Source: an uncultured Pseudomonadales bacterium
GTDB taxonomy: Bacteria > Patescibacteriota > Microgenomatia > UBA1400 > PJMF01
DNA: 64,000 nt
Assembly: GCA_964406075.1 (NCBI GenBank)
Contig: CAYOQI010000004.1
Span: 57,718-121,717 of the forward strand
Direction: 5' to 3'
Positions 17,436 through 29,789 of this stretch are shown in pieces. Every line of letters begins with the position of its first letter. The first letter of the stretch is position 1. Under the pieces are notes generated by a model that made no database searches, had not been told where the DNA came from, and was given only the letters and a program-made list of their open reading frames with translations. The translations under genes and the position numbers were made by a program.

Positions 17436-18788
17436 GTGCTAAAGTACCAAAATCTTGCTTTTTTTTCTTACATTGGAAAATATTCTAAAAAATGGGACTA
17501 TGTCTCATTCATTCTGCTTGCAACTTGCCTGTTTCTAGCTCCTAGTAACCTTTTTCTCAAGTTGCTTCCAAACACCGGCTACGTAAACAATCTGCAAATC
17601 GATTATTTGATCCCAAAACTGCATCTCTCTTTCCTTTTCCTCTTACTTTTTGTAATCACAAGACTACCAGTTATACTATTTAAATTTAACAAATCTTCTC
17701 AAGTATTTAAAAAAAATAAGTATTGGCTATTAGGACTGACGACACTTTTCATTCACCAATGCTTTGCCGTCTTCCCTATGGTTGCATTGTGGACCTTTAT
17801 TAGCCTGGTCATTTTTCTGTTATTTTATCGAACTGCTACTCTTTTTTTGGATACACTTTCTGACGCAAAAAAACAGCTCTTTATCTGGGTGCTGTACATT
17901 ACTCTGTTCTTTCAAGCAGGACTCGGAACATTTCAGTTTGTAACCCAACGATCACTTGGAGGATTTTTATTCTTAGGAGAAACAACATTACGCAACCAAC
18001 CGTATTTAGCCCGAGGAGATTTTTACTTCATTGATTCAATTGTAGGAACTAGTTTTGGGCAACGAGTACTCCCTTACGGCACATTACCTCATCCCAATGT
18101 CTTGGCAGGATTTTTGGCTGTAGGAATGGTTGTGCTTTTTTATCGATTAACAATAAATAACTGGCTCAAAAGTTTGTTGATGCTCCCACTACTGGTGACG
18201 TTATTCTTAACACTCTCTATCTCAGCTTGGATGACACTCTTACTCGGTTTGCTATCTCTATATTTCAAAAAAACGGCTCTTTTTCAGAGCAAATCTATCT
18301 GGTTCGCTATTTTAGGAGTCTTTTTTCTGATTCCAGTACTTCTTGGAATTTCTCAGCCAAAGGCTGATCAGCCTTTGGCTGAGAATTTATTTCTGAGGTC
18401 TTGGTCATCTAATACTTCAATCACTCGTCGAGTTATTTTAAATGAAGTTGCTCTTAAAGAACTCGCTTTCCAACCAGTATTTGGAGTGGGATTTAATCAC
18501 TTCACAGTCTTTGTAGAAAGATTCCAACCATCTTCAGAAGTCGTCGCTTTTGTCCAACCAGCGCATCACGTGGGACTCTTGATGTTGGCAGAACTTGGAA
18601 TTCTTGGTACAGGATTAATCTTGAGGTTAATGAAAAAGATAATGAAGCTGGATCGCCAATCAGTCTTGTTTCTGGCTATTTTGTTCTTACCCATTGCTTC
18701 GCTTGATCACTATCTCTTCACCTTAATTCAAGGGTGGTGGCTGGTAGTAATTGCTTGTTTATTTCTCAGTTCTGAGAAGAAAACTTAA
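17436..18788 (+). CDS. Wzy_C family membrane protein (O-antigen ligase/O-oligosaccharyltransferase-like).
   Basis: About 10-12 TM helices with a large external loop containing FGVGFNHFTVFVE and PAHHVGLLMLAELGILGTG. This fits the WaaL/PglL signature G-x-G-x-N-x-F followed by H-N/H-x-x-L-x-x-x-x-E-x-G. Confidence 0.55.
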   Translation: MLKYQNLAFFSYIGKYSKKWDYVSFILLATCLFLAPSNLFLKLLPNTGYVNNLQIDYLIPKLHLSFLFLLLFVITRLPVILFKFNKSSQVFKKNKYWLLGLTTLFIHQCFAVFPMVALWTFISLVIFLLFYRTATLFLDTLSDAKKQLFIWVLYITLFFQAGLGTFQFVTQRSLGGFLFLGETTLRNQPYLARGDFYFIDSIVGTSFGQRVLPYGTLPHPNVLAGFLAVGMVVLFYRLTINNWLKSLLMLPLLVTLFLTLSISAWMTLLLGLLSLYFKKTALFQSKSIWFAILGVFFLIPVLLGISQPKADQPLAENLFLRSWSSNTSITRRVILNEVALKELAFQPVFGVGFNHFTVFVERFQPSSEVVAFVQPAHHVGLLMLAELGILGTGLILRLMKKIMKLDRQSVLFLAILFLPIASLDHYLFTLIQGWWLVVIACLFLSSEKKT

Positions 18789-18791
18789 ACT

Positions 18792-20627
18792 CTACATCTC
18801 CTCAACAGTTTGAATTCCGAGTAAGCGTAACCCTTCACCAATCACTTCTTTCGTGGCTCGAACGATATTTAGACGCAACCAGGTTTGAGGAGTGAGTTCT
18901 TTTTTATCTAACGCTTCTCCCAAAATCGTGTGCTTGTTGTAGAAGGTATTGAAAAGCTGAGCTGTTTGATAAAGATACGTGCAGAGATGATGTGGTTCGT
19001 ACAGATCAGCTGATTGTTCGACTACCTCTCCAAACTGACTTAGTTTTTGAAGTAACTCGATTTCTTCCGGTTGAAGTAACTTTGCTACTTCACGCTCACT
19101 AGAAAAATCATTCAAATCATCAAACCAAGCTTGATTAAGAGATTTTTCTAACTCGATGAATTTCTTGAGCACGCTAATCGTTCGGACATAGACATACTGC
19201 AGATATGGACCGGAGTTGCCTTCCATACTTAAGATTTCATCCCAATCAAATACCACATCGAGATGTGAAGCTCGCTTCAAGTCATTCCATTTTAATGCTC
19301 CAATTGCCACTGCCTGGACTGAGGCATGATTAACTTTTGAACTCTTCTCACTTGAACCTTGAACCTTAAACCTTTCCCCTGCCCTCTTCTTCGCTTCTTC
19401 AATCACATCATTTAGCCAAATTACATTGCCTTTTCGAGTCGACATCTTTACATCTTTAAAACGAAACATGCCATGTTTGACGTGCACTCTCTGCCCTGGC
19501 TTATACCAACCGAGCAACTCTTCAATTTTATACAGTTGTCGAAAATAAAACTCTTGCTCAGCTCCTACTTCATTGATGACCAATACATCCTCACCATACT
19601 GTTTCAATCGGAACTTATCAGTCGCCAAATCACGAGTGGCATAGAGGGTTGAGCCATCTTTTTTGAGAATCATGAGCGGAGCCAACTCTTCGTTAGGGAA
19701 AAAGAATAATTGAGCACCTTCTTTTCCATCCTTGAGGAATTTTGAAGATTTTAACTCAGATACTACCTCTGACATTTTGTCCTCAAAGTATGATTCACCG
19801 TACCCTTTTCCATTATTCTCGGTAAAATGTACATTCAATTGGGCATAGATCCGATCGAACTCTTTCCAAGACCAATCGATGCATTTTTGCCACAATTCTC
19901 GTGCTTCTATATCACCATCTTCCAGCTTTTTAAACCATGCTCGCCCTTCGTCTTCGAATTCAGGATTTTTTTCAGCTTCATCATGAAATTTGATATATAA
20001 ATCAACCAAGTCTTTGACCGGGTTTTCTGATTTTTCTATGGCCTCTAAGTCTCCCCATTTTTTGATTGCCACGATTAACTTCCCAAACTGTGTTCCCCAG
20101 TCACCCAGATGATTGTCTCGAAACACTTGATAACCTGTAGCATCTAATACATTTGCAACCGCATCACCGATGATAGTTGAACGTAGGTGACCAATAGTAA
20201 ATGGCTTAGCAATGTTGGGTGAGGAAAACTCTACGATGACTTTTTTGCCAGCATTTTTCTTTCTCGTCACCTTTCCTTCTTTTTGAATCAACTCGCCCAT
20301 TTCTGCCACATAAAAATCTTTAGACACAAAAAAATTAATGAACCCGGGTCCGGCTACTTGAATATCTGAGATTAGTGATTGGAGGTGGGAACTTTGAATC
20401 TCTTTTTTTAGTTCAACAACTAAAGCTTCAGCAAGTTGTCGTGGATTTTGAAACCTGTTCTCTGATCTCTGATCTTTGATTCCTTGTAGTGCTAAATTTG
20501 TGGTCCAATCTCCAAACCCACTTCGAGTAGGTCGATCAAGTTGAATTTCTAGTTTTTCTGAAAAGCCGAGCGCCGACAAACTGTTTTTAAGTGAGTGAAT
20601 GATGTGGTCTTGAGTTGCAGTAGACAT
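18792..20627 (-). CDS. argS: Arginine--tRNA ligase.
   Basis: N-terminal Arg_tRNA_synt_N-like region (GDWTTNLALQ, AGPGFINFF). Class I HIGH-type motif FTIGHLRSTIIGD, a KMSTRKG (KMSK-like) motif, and a C-terminal DALR-type region. 611 aa. Confidence 0.9.
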   Translation of the reverse strand: MSTATQDHIIHSLKNSLSALGFSEKLEIQLDRPTRSGFGDWTTNLALQGIKDQRSENRFQNPRQLAEALVVELKKEIQSSHLQSLISDIQVAGPGFINFFVSKDFYVAEMGELIQKEGKVTRKKNAGKKVIVEFSSPNIAKPFTIGHLRSTIIGDAVANVLDATGYQVFRDNHLGDWGTQFGKLIVAIKKWGDLEAIEKSENPVKDLVDLYIKFHDEAEKNPEFEDEGRAWFKKLEDGDIEARELWQKCIDWSWKEFDRIYAQLNVHFTENNGKGYGESYFEDKMSEVVSELKSSKFLKDGKEGAQLFFFPNEELAPLMILKKDGSTLYATRDLATDKFRLKQYGEDVLVINEVGAEQEFYFRQLYKIEELLGWYKPGQRVHVKHGMFRFKDVKMSTRKGNVIWLNDVIEEAKKRAGERFKVQGSSEKSSKVNHASVQAVAIGALKWNDLKRASHLDVVFDWDEILSMEGNSGPYLQYVYVRTISVLKKFIELEKSLNQAWFDDLNDFSSEREVAKLLQPEEIELLQKLSQFGEVVEQSADLYEPHHLCTYLYQTAQLFNTFYNKHTILGEALDKKELTPQTWLRLNIVRATKEVIGEGLRLLGIQTVEEM

Positions 20628-21834
20628 ATGCTTGAGTAAATTAAATTAGTTGTATTGTATACCACCATAGGTTTCTCTTCATCTCAGTAACTTTCTATAT
20701 AAAAACTTGGAAGTTATCACTACTGTAGTTTGTTAACAAATGAGATGAACAAACACTGTTCGCTTTTTATTCGTTCTTTTCACTTATTTACTCTACCCCT
20801 ACTTTTTACTTGAACAGAGCGATTTCTTTTTGTTTCCATTTGATTTTTAATTTCTTTTTAACTAATTATTATTTTAATTAAATAGTAATTTTAAATTGAT
20901 ATTTCCACTCTTTTTAATACAATAAAATGTATTCAATAATTTAAATTAGAAAATATATTCGTGTTTAGTTTGGAGAATGAAAAAAATGACAATTTTGGAG
21001 TTTTTTTTATTATTGAATCTTCACGAAAGTATTTCTCACCGAAAAAACTTCGATGTCCGATTATTTTCAACAAACACAACCAGTGTTTTCTTCACTCGCC
21101 AGGCAATTATCATTTCTCATTGAATATTCTCTCCAGGCGTAAAGTTCTCCACGAGCTACACGCTGAATTCGTTTTAGATTGATTGATCAATGCAATATTG
21201 TTTCTGTATTCTTCGGTTTATTTAACCATCAATTTACAGCAACTTGATCAAGAGAGGACTGATCCAGCAATCTTTTTTACCACACATTTAGTTAGCACTC
21301 GGTAAGAATACTGCTAGTTTTAGCCATTGTGATTTCTCCTCAAGAGGATTGATGTCTACACGTTTCAATATCTTTAAATATTTCAGTGTTTATCATCATA
21401 GAACTCGAGATAATTAGAACTCGAACGATATAACCTTCAAAAATATTCTGAATTAGATGTACATAGTGACATGATCTGTTTATTCAGAGACAAAATCAGG
21501 AAATTAATCTCACAATACTCTCCTGTTTACTCAAGTTCACCTATGTTTGATGTGATCTCTGTTTTCACTACAGATTTCTTAAGTTGTAACTACCATTGCA
21601 GTTGAGAATAAGCTTCATGTTTCCCTCAAGAAAAACCTCTAAGTTCCATTTCATATTACGTCTACTCGAGGGGAAATCTAAAATGAGGAGTGCTACATGT
21701 GCTGACCAACTCATAAAGATGCCGAAATTGGGCAAATGACAGGGTTGGTATCTCTGCACATTTCATAAAAAATTATTGAGGAAGAATGCATTCCAGTGAG
21801 GATTTAAAATCAGTGATGAATGATCTACTTTTTC

Positions 21835-22746
21835 TTACTTTTCTCGAGAAGGTTTGACTTCATACCCTCTTCCATCACTGATAATTTCAATGTGTCCATG
21901 TTGGCTTGTTGTGTATATTTTGATATTTCTATATCGAAGTATATCAATTACTCGAGTGTGAGGATGCCCAAAACTATTGTTTTTGCCCACTCCCATCAAT
22001 GCAGTTTCGGGTCTGGATGCCATGATGAATTCCTCATGTGTTGAGTTTTTAGAGCCGTGGTGGGATACTTTTATTACATCGATGTCCTTTATCACATGCT
22101 CTCTTGTTAGTGATAACTCAATCTCACTACTGATGTCACCAGCAGACAGCATCCTGAACTCCCCATATCCCACATAGCCAGATACAGAAAGGTCATTATC
22201 ATTTTTTTTACCTTTGTTTTTTACCATTCGATTTGGGTCTTGTTCTTGTTCGGTCTTTTTAAAAACAGAAATATCTTCTACCTCTGGCCAGATACTTAGA
22301 AAAGTCACGTCCGTTTCTCCATTTTCAATGGTTATTTTCTTTCCTTGAGTAAGTGTATGAGTCTCTATCTGGTATTTTTTTATTATTTCTTCAATTGCTT
22401 TACTGAGTTCTGTGGGCTCCCATGGTGGATTGCGAAAAATAACACCAACTTTATATGAAGTAACTATCGATTTAATCCCCGCAGCATGATCTGCATCATC
22501 ATGCGTTAATACTATTACTTCAATATTCCTGTCCCAAAATGGCATGAATTCCCCAAGACAGTCCAATACAGCGTCACTTGGTCCGGTATCAATCAATAGT
22601 TGATGAAAATGCAGATTGATAAGTATCGCATCTCCTTGGCCGACATCACACATGACCACATGAAGTTTATCATCAGGCCACTTCCACCAAATTAAAAAAA
22701 ACAGAAGTATTAATCCAATCAATAGTACATACAGAGCCTTTTTCAT
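21835..22746 (-). CDS. Membrane-anchored MBL-fold metallo-hydrolase. Corresponds to the C-terminal beta-lactamase domain of ComEC, here encoded as a separate ORF.
   Basis: VMCDVGQGDAILI and VIVLTHDDADHAAG (HxHxDH zinc motif). N-terminal TM helix. Its start overlaps the comEC stop by 4 nt. Confidence 0.75.
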   Translation of the reverse strand: MKKALYVLLIGLILLFFLIWWKWPDDKLHVVMCDVGQGDAILINLHFHQLLIDTGPSDAVLDCLGEFMPFWDRNIEVIVLTHDDADHAAGIKSIVTSYKVGVIFRNPPWEPTELSKAIEEIIKKYQIETHTLTQGKKITIENGETDVTFLSIWPEVEDISVFKKTEQEQDPNRMVKNKGKKNDNDLSVSGYVGYGEFRMLSAGDISSEIELSLTREHVIKDIDVIKVSHHGSKNSTHEEFIMASRPETALMGVGKNNSFGHPHTRVIDILRYRNIKIYTTSQHGHIEIISDGRGYEVKPSREK

Positions 22747-24254
22747 TTTGGTCTTTTATTAAATTGACGATGAAAGTAGAAAATTGAGAAAATTATTAAT
22801 CCATACACAATCACCATTTGCCTCCCAGTTACTGTAAACACCACACTTGCCCATTTTGGACTGCTAAAAATTTCCACCAACTCAAAAAATACAAATAATA
22901 TTGAATCACAGACCAAACCTAGTGCTTTAGCTAAAAAAGGATGGATAAGCCAAGATCCAACGATGATCACGCCAAAAGCCATCAAAATCGGTATAAATAG
23001 TAGTAAGACTGAGTTAGCTACAACTGAAATGAGGCTTAACCGCTCAAAGTGATACACAATTAAAGGAGTGGTGAGTAGTAATGCTGAAATGGTTGCAAAA
23101 AGATTTTCTTTGATGGAGTCAAAAAGGAACTTGCCATTCAATGACGTTGTTTTAAAGTTGAACTTCGCAAAAAATGTTTCAATGAGTGGTGAGATCCAAA
23201 TTAAACCGGCTGTTGCTAAAACTGAAAGTTGAAACGAGATTTCAAAAAGGAACCATGGATTCCATAATAAGAGTATCAAAATGGTTAACCAGAATGCCCA
23301 ACTCGTTTTTTGTTGACGTCCATATAGTTGTGATATGAGAACCACACTAATCATTAATGTCGCTCTGACAATCGGAGCTGTGAGTCCTCCAATAAATGCA
23401 TAGATCCAAATGAAAATGAGTGCAACAATTCTCCGCATTCTAAAACTGAGAAATAACTGAGTAAGCGAAAGAAGACTTGTGCTTACCACCATGACGTTGT
23501 ATCCTGATGCAACCAAAATATGAGTCATACCTACTATTTGGAATTGATCAGCACGATTTTGAGGCAAATTATCGTCGCCTCCAAAAACGACACCATAAAT
23601 AAAAGCTGCATGGGTCGGTAAAAGACTTTCGTTAAAAATTTTTCGTAACCACGTCTTGTTTTTCTCTCTCCAGGCTAAAAAGTGCCCTTCAACATATAAA
23701 CCCGAATCAGCGGAGTGATTTTTAACTTCAATTTCCTTTGAAATCAATCTAATTTGACACACAAATTTTTCTATCATTTGAGGACTATTACTGCCATCCT
23801 CCAACTCAGTATTTGTACTATTCTTACTACCCATTTTTAGCCTGGTACTATCACTACTGGTTGACGTTATTTCACTTGAGCTAATTGAGTGAAATACATT
23901 CTTTTTTTCTTCTACTTGAACTGTAATCAAGAGATCACTCAAAACTGTTGGATTTTCTAAGTCTTCAGAACTTTGTATCTGATACTGAGGAATTGTAAGG
24001 AACATCGCTCCTTTTCTTACGTAATACCCACCATGCTTACTCTGTTTTAGTTCCGAAGTATTTGCAGTAATCACAAAAGTGCTTCCGATTTCCTTTTCAC
24101 GACAGTATTCAGTTAACTGAATTAGGTGCAATAATATAAAAGATGTAATAAGCATCAATATGGATCTAAATGCATACTTTCGTAACGTGCTTCGTCGTCG
24201 TAATTCGTCCGTGAAATGAGTAACTTCTGGAGTTAATTGCCTTGAATGGCTCAT
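22743..24254 (-). CDS. comEC: ComEC/Rec2-family DNA internalisation channel protein (DUF4131 plus Competence domain; no MBL domain in this ORF).
   Basis: N-terminal TM helix, an OB-like soluble region, then about 8 or more TM helices. It lies between comEA and the MBL hydrolase in the same orientation. Confidence 0.6.
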   Translation of the reverse strand: MSHSRQLTPEVTHFTDELRRRSTLRKYAFRSILMLITSFILLHLIQLTEYCREKEIGSTFVITANTSELKQSKHGGYYVRKGAMFLTIPQYQIQSSEDLENPTVLSDLLITVQVEEKKNVFHSISSSEITSTSSDSTRLKMGSKNSTNTELEDGSNSPQMIEKFVCQIRLISKEIEVKNHSADSGLYVEGHFLAWREKNKTWLRKIFNESLLPTHAAFIYGVVFGGDDNLPQNRADQFQIVGMTHILVASGYNVMVVSTSLLSLTQLFLSFRMRRIVALIFIWIYAFIGGLTAPIVRATLMISVVLISQLYGRQQKTSWAFWLTILILLLWNPWFLFEISFQLSVLATAGLIWISPLIETFFAKFNFKTTSLNGKFLFDSIKENLFATISALLLTTPLIVYHFERLSLISVVANSVLLLFIPILMAFGVIIVGSWLIHPFLAKALGLVCDSILFVFFELVEIFSSPKWASVVFTVTGRQMVIVYGLIIFSIFYFHRQFNKRPK

Positions 24255-24865
24255 AAAGAAATCTGGTCTTTAATTTTTTGAAAAATACTTTCAGACAGAA
24301 CTTTCTTAGAAACTAACTCTTCAATCGAAGAATATGGGCGGTTTTCGATAATATTATTCGCTCTCGACTCACCAACACCTTCCAATGTATCAAGTTCCCC
24401 TAGTGTTGCAGAGTTAATACTAATTTTGGAAGAGTTTTTTTGAATAGAGCTCTGACGAGCTGACTCGGAGGAAGATGGAATATAAATTTTCTGTTGATCT
24501 TGAATGACTTCAGCCAAATTGATTTGCTGGGCAATATAAACAGCATCTGCATGAGAATTCCACCCACCAGCAAGTGCAATTGCATCTTTTACTCGACTAC
24601 CTTCAGACAAAGTATATACTCCTGGTTTTTGGACTGCGCCACTTATATCCACTGTTATTTTACTTGTGACTTGAGTGCTTATTTCCTCTTTCACATCTGT
24701 ATCAGTAACAGTAATACTGTCATTCGTTGATCCAACAGCCCTGAGTTGTACAAAACCGAATCCAAATCCGCCTAAGCCAAGCAGGATGAGCAAAAGAGAC
24801 CAGATCGGAGGGAGGGTTGAAAAGAATGAAGAGGACGGATGAACAGAATCACCAGAATCTTCCAT
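24251..24865 (-). CDS. comEA: ComEA DNA receptor (TM anchor, SLBB domain and tandem helix-hairpin-helix).
   Basis: C-terminal SINSATLGELDTLEGVGESRANNIIENRPYSSIEEL is an HhH motif. The SLBB-like VDISGAVQKPGVYTLSEGSRVKDAIALAGG precedes it. N-terminal TM helix. Confidence 0.8.
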   Translation of the reverse strand: MEDSGDSVHPSSSFFSTLPPIWSLLLILLGLGGFGFGFVQLRAVGSTNDSITVTDTDVKEEISTQVTSKITVDISGAVQKPGVYTLSEGSRVKDAIALAGGWNSHADAVYIAQQINLAEVIQDQQKIYIPSSSESARQSSIQKNSSKISINSATLGELDTLEGVGESRANNIIENRPYSSIEELVSKKVLSESIFQKIKDQISL

Positions 24866-24903
24866 TCATTCATGAAACAGAATTTACTTACAAAAGTCAA
24901 ACA

Positions 24904-27366
24904 TTAATTCACAACAATGCTTAAGATCTTATTGGGAATATAGATAATTTTTTGAATATCACCTTCCAGCCACTTTACTAACTTGTCATCACCTTTTGCT
25001 TTCTCCAAGATCAATTCTTGAGTCAAAGACTCACTGGTATTGATCTCTAAAGCGCCACGAATTTTCCCGTTTATTTGAACTGCTACTCTAGCCGTATCTA
25101 ATGAAAGTAAACCCTGGTCAGCTTGTGGCCAAACACCTAAGTGAATTGAGCTCGATGCTGGATTGACAGTACGCCAAAGTTCTTCAGCCATAAATGGCGC
25201 GAAGGGTGCCAGCAGTTTTAAAAACATGTTTATCTCGTTTTTAGAGAGTGAGTTTGGGGCTTTTTCCCACTCATTGACGCACTCCATCATCATCGCAATT
25301 GCAGTATTAAATTTGAGCTCTGTAATGTCTTTGGAGACTTTTGCCACTGTTTGATGAAGCTTCCGTACAACCAATTTCTCAGAAGTTTTATCGCTATCTT
25401 CTTGAGAAAGTGTCCAATTTTTAACCAATGAATAGATACGATGGAGAAAACGATATATACCAACCACTGAGCTCGTACTCCATGGTTTATCGGCCTCGAT
25501 TGGCCCCATAAACATCTCATACACCCGTAAAGTATCTGCTCCATACTTCTCGATAATCTCGTCTGGATTGATAACATTTCCTTTACTCTTACTCATCTTC
25601 TTTCCATCTGGACCTAAGATCATTCCTTGATGTCGCATCTTCATAAATGGTTCATCAAACTCTAGGTATCCTTCATCTCTGAGGAACTTGGTAAAAAATC
25701 TCGAGTAGAGTAAGTGAAGCACGATATGCTCTGGGCCAATCATGTAGAGATCAACTGGCAACCACTTTTTAATTTGATCAGAAGAAGAAAATTCTTGAGT
25801 ATTTCGTGAATCGACATACCTCAAGAAGTACCAAGATGAATCCACAAAAGTGTCCATCGTGTCGTACTCTGGTCTCCACCCTTTTCCATAGAGTTTTTCA
25901 GTTCTTTCAATAAATTCCTTCGAGTACGTTAATGGCGACTCCCCGGTTGGTTTAAACTCAACATCTGTGGGTAATAACCACGGTAAATGTTCTTCTTTGA
26001 CTGGATGTGGATTCCCCTCAGGGTCATAAACGACTGGGATTGGAGCACCCCAGTATCGCTGTCGAGAGATCAGCCAATCACGAAGTTTGTAAGTTGTTTG
26101 CCAAGAAGCATAACCGCTTGAAATCATCCACTCGGCCATTTCCTGCTTCCCTTCTTTCCATGCACTCTTCCCATCAAATTGAGCTGAGTTGATTAGTGTT
26201 CCTTCTCCCTCTGCAGACTTCTCTCCACTCGAGATCGCCTGATTGAGTTCTTTATCGTCATATGCAACAACTTGGAGAATATCGAGTTCATATTTTTTTG
26301 CAAATTCAAAATCTCGGCCATCATGGGCAGGTACACCCATAACGATAGCTGTTCCAACTCCCATTAAGACATAATCCGCAATAAACAAAGGGACGACTTT
26401 CCCATTCACTGGATTCACGACAGTTAAGCCAGTATCTACTCCAGATTTATCTTTATTTATTTTTCGTTCTTCCTCAGTTTTTTTCTTACTTTGACTTAAA
26501 TACTTCAGCACTGATGCTTTCCGTTGAGGCTTAACTTGATCCAACAGGCTCATCTGCTCAAACTGCTCTGGAGCAATAACAAGAAAGGTCACACCAAATA
26601 TAGTTTCCCAAAATTTAGTCCAAACCGTTAACTTCTCTTTTTCAGGCGTGTTTAATTGAAAATCGATGGCTAACCCCTTTGATTTACCAATCCAATTTAA
26701 TTGTTGCATTTTTGTTGCATTCGGCCAATCTACTTGATCAAGTCCGGAAATCAATTCATCTTGATACTTAGTAATCTTAAAAAACCATTGCTTCATGTCC
26801 TTCTGAATCACTTGACTTCCACATCGCTCACAATTGCCATTGACTACCTGCTCATTAGCCAAGACGGTTTGGCAAGAGGGACACCAATTTACCATCCCAG
26901 TTCCTTGATAGGCTAAGTCTTTTTTATACATTTGTAAAAATAACCATTGAGTCCACTTATAATACTCGGGGTGATTCGTGGCGAGTTCATTCGCCCAGTC
27001 GTAAGAAATTCCAATTCTTTTAATCTGTCGACGAAAAGTATTTATCGCATCCTTTGTGGTTTTTACCGGAGGGATTCCAGTTTTTATCGCATAGTTTTCC
27101 GCTGGCAAACCAAAGGCATCCCAGCCCACAGGGAAAAATACATCCTTCCCATTCATCCGATAATACCTCGCAAGAATGTCTAAAGCTGTTTTTGACTCAA
27201 CGTGACCGACATGTAAACCGGCTCCTGATGGATACGCAAATGCAAAAAGCAAATAGATCTTGTCTTTTATGGATGGCTTGGCTGAGTCTTGAAAGAAACC
27301 TTCTTTTTCCCAAGATTTCTGCCATTTTTCTTCTATCCTGATGTGATCATACATTGGTCGTGTCAT
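24904..27366 (-). CDS. leuS: Leucine--tRNA ligase.
   Basis: HIGH motif (GLHVGHVESKT), KMSKS motif (KMSKSKGN), and a CP1 editing insertion. 820 aa is typical of bacterial LeuRS. Confidence 0.92.
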   Translation of the reverse strand: MTRPMYDHIRIEEKWQKSWEKEGFFQDSAKPSIKDKIYLLFAFAYPSGAGLHVGHVESKTALDILARYYRMNGKDVFFPVGWDAFGLPAENYAIKTGIPPVKTTKDAINTFRRQIKRIGISYDWANELATNHPEYYKWTQWLFLQMYKKDLAYQGTGMVNWCPSCQTVLANEQVVNGNCERCGSQVIQKDMKQWFFKITKYQDELISGLDQVDWPNATKMQQLNWIGKSKGLAIDFQLNTPEKEKLTVWTKFWETIFGVTFLVIAPEQFEQMSLLDQVKPQRKASVLKYLSQSKKKTEEERKINKDKSGVDTGLTVVNPVNGKVVPLFIADYVLMGVGTAIVMGVPAHDGRDFEFAKKYELDILQVVAYDDKELNQAISSGEKSAEGEGTLINSAQFDGKSAWKEGKQEMAEWMISSGYASWQTTYKLRDWLISRQRYWGAPIPVVYDPEGNPHPVKEEHLPWLLPTDVEFKPTGESPLTYSKEFIERTEKLYGKGWRPEYDTMDTFVDSSWYFLRYVDSRNTQEFSSSDQIKKWLPVDLYMIGPEHIVLHLLYSRFFTKFLRDEGYLEFDEPFMKMRHQGMILGPDGKKMSKSKGNVINPDEIIEKYGADTLRVYEMFMGPIEADKPWSTSSVVGIYRFLHRIYSLVKNWTLSQEDSDKTSEKLVVRKLHQTVAKVSKDITELKFNTAIAMMMECVNEWEKAPNSLSKNEINMFLKLLAPFAPFMAEELWRTVNPASSSIHLGVWPQADQGLLSLDTARVAVQINGKIRGALEINTSESLTQELILEKAKGDDKLVKWLEGDIQKIIYIPNKILSIVVN

Positions 27367-28080
27367 ATGTTGCCTTTATAAACAAAAAATCCCTCTAAGG
27401 GGATCTTTAAACATCTACTTATCCCCTGTTCTTAATTGTTAGGAAGAAGAAGCTGTTGATAAGAATGAATCATATTCATAACTTTGAGAAGTATATCACA
27501 TGCACAATAGGACATAGTAACCTTAATCTGAGATAAAAACCTTTTCACCAGAGTATTTTCCGAACCATATATAAATTACAGAGATATTAACTCACATTCA
27601 CCGCATAATTACCTCATAGCCTGTATAACTATCAACGCAGTACTCTTATTTTTACTATAAAGATCTCTTAGTACTACTATATATAGCTATATGCTCGTGT
27701 TCACATACTTTCACCAAGTGCCTGAGAAGATTCTTGCTAATTTTTTCACGAATAGATCGCGTCAATCGAAAATGATGCTGTTTTATACATATTGATATAC
27801 TTAGATGCATTTAGTTTTGATACGAAAATGACGCGACATTATCGCTCTGCAGTCAAGTTACCAGACAAGAAATTGTTTTCACTTCGAGATCGAAGTCATT
27901 GAATACCGCAAAATACAAAAGAATGTTAGGCAATTGAGGAGGATTTGGAAAAAATAAAGGTTTTATAAAAACCCGTAACTGTAGAAGCCTAAATAGTTAA
28001 AAAGGATTGATCAATAAATATAATTTTGATATGTAAAAAATATAGCAGAACGAGTAAAGTACCGATCGAACTTGAGGGAA

Positions 28081-29789
<1,709 letters not shown>

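Noticed and set aside
20628-20700. Possible T-box leader upstream of argS (ggtggtata resembles the T-box core ggtggtacc).
   Set aside because: Only a 7-nt match. No specifier-loop or antiterminator structure could be recognised by eye. A covariance-model search is needed.
20961-21759. Small ORFs 20961-21182 (+) and 21568-21759 (-) in the AT-rich spacer.
   Set aside because: No RBS and low-complexity AT-driven translations. Treated as non-coding; see the finding on the 1.2-kb spacer.
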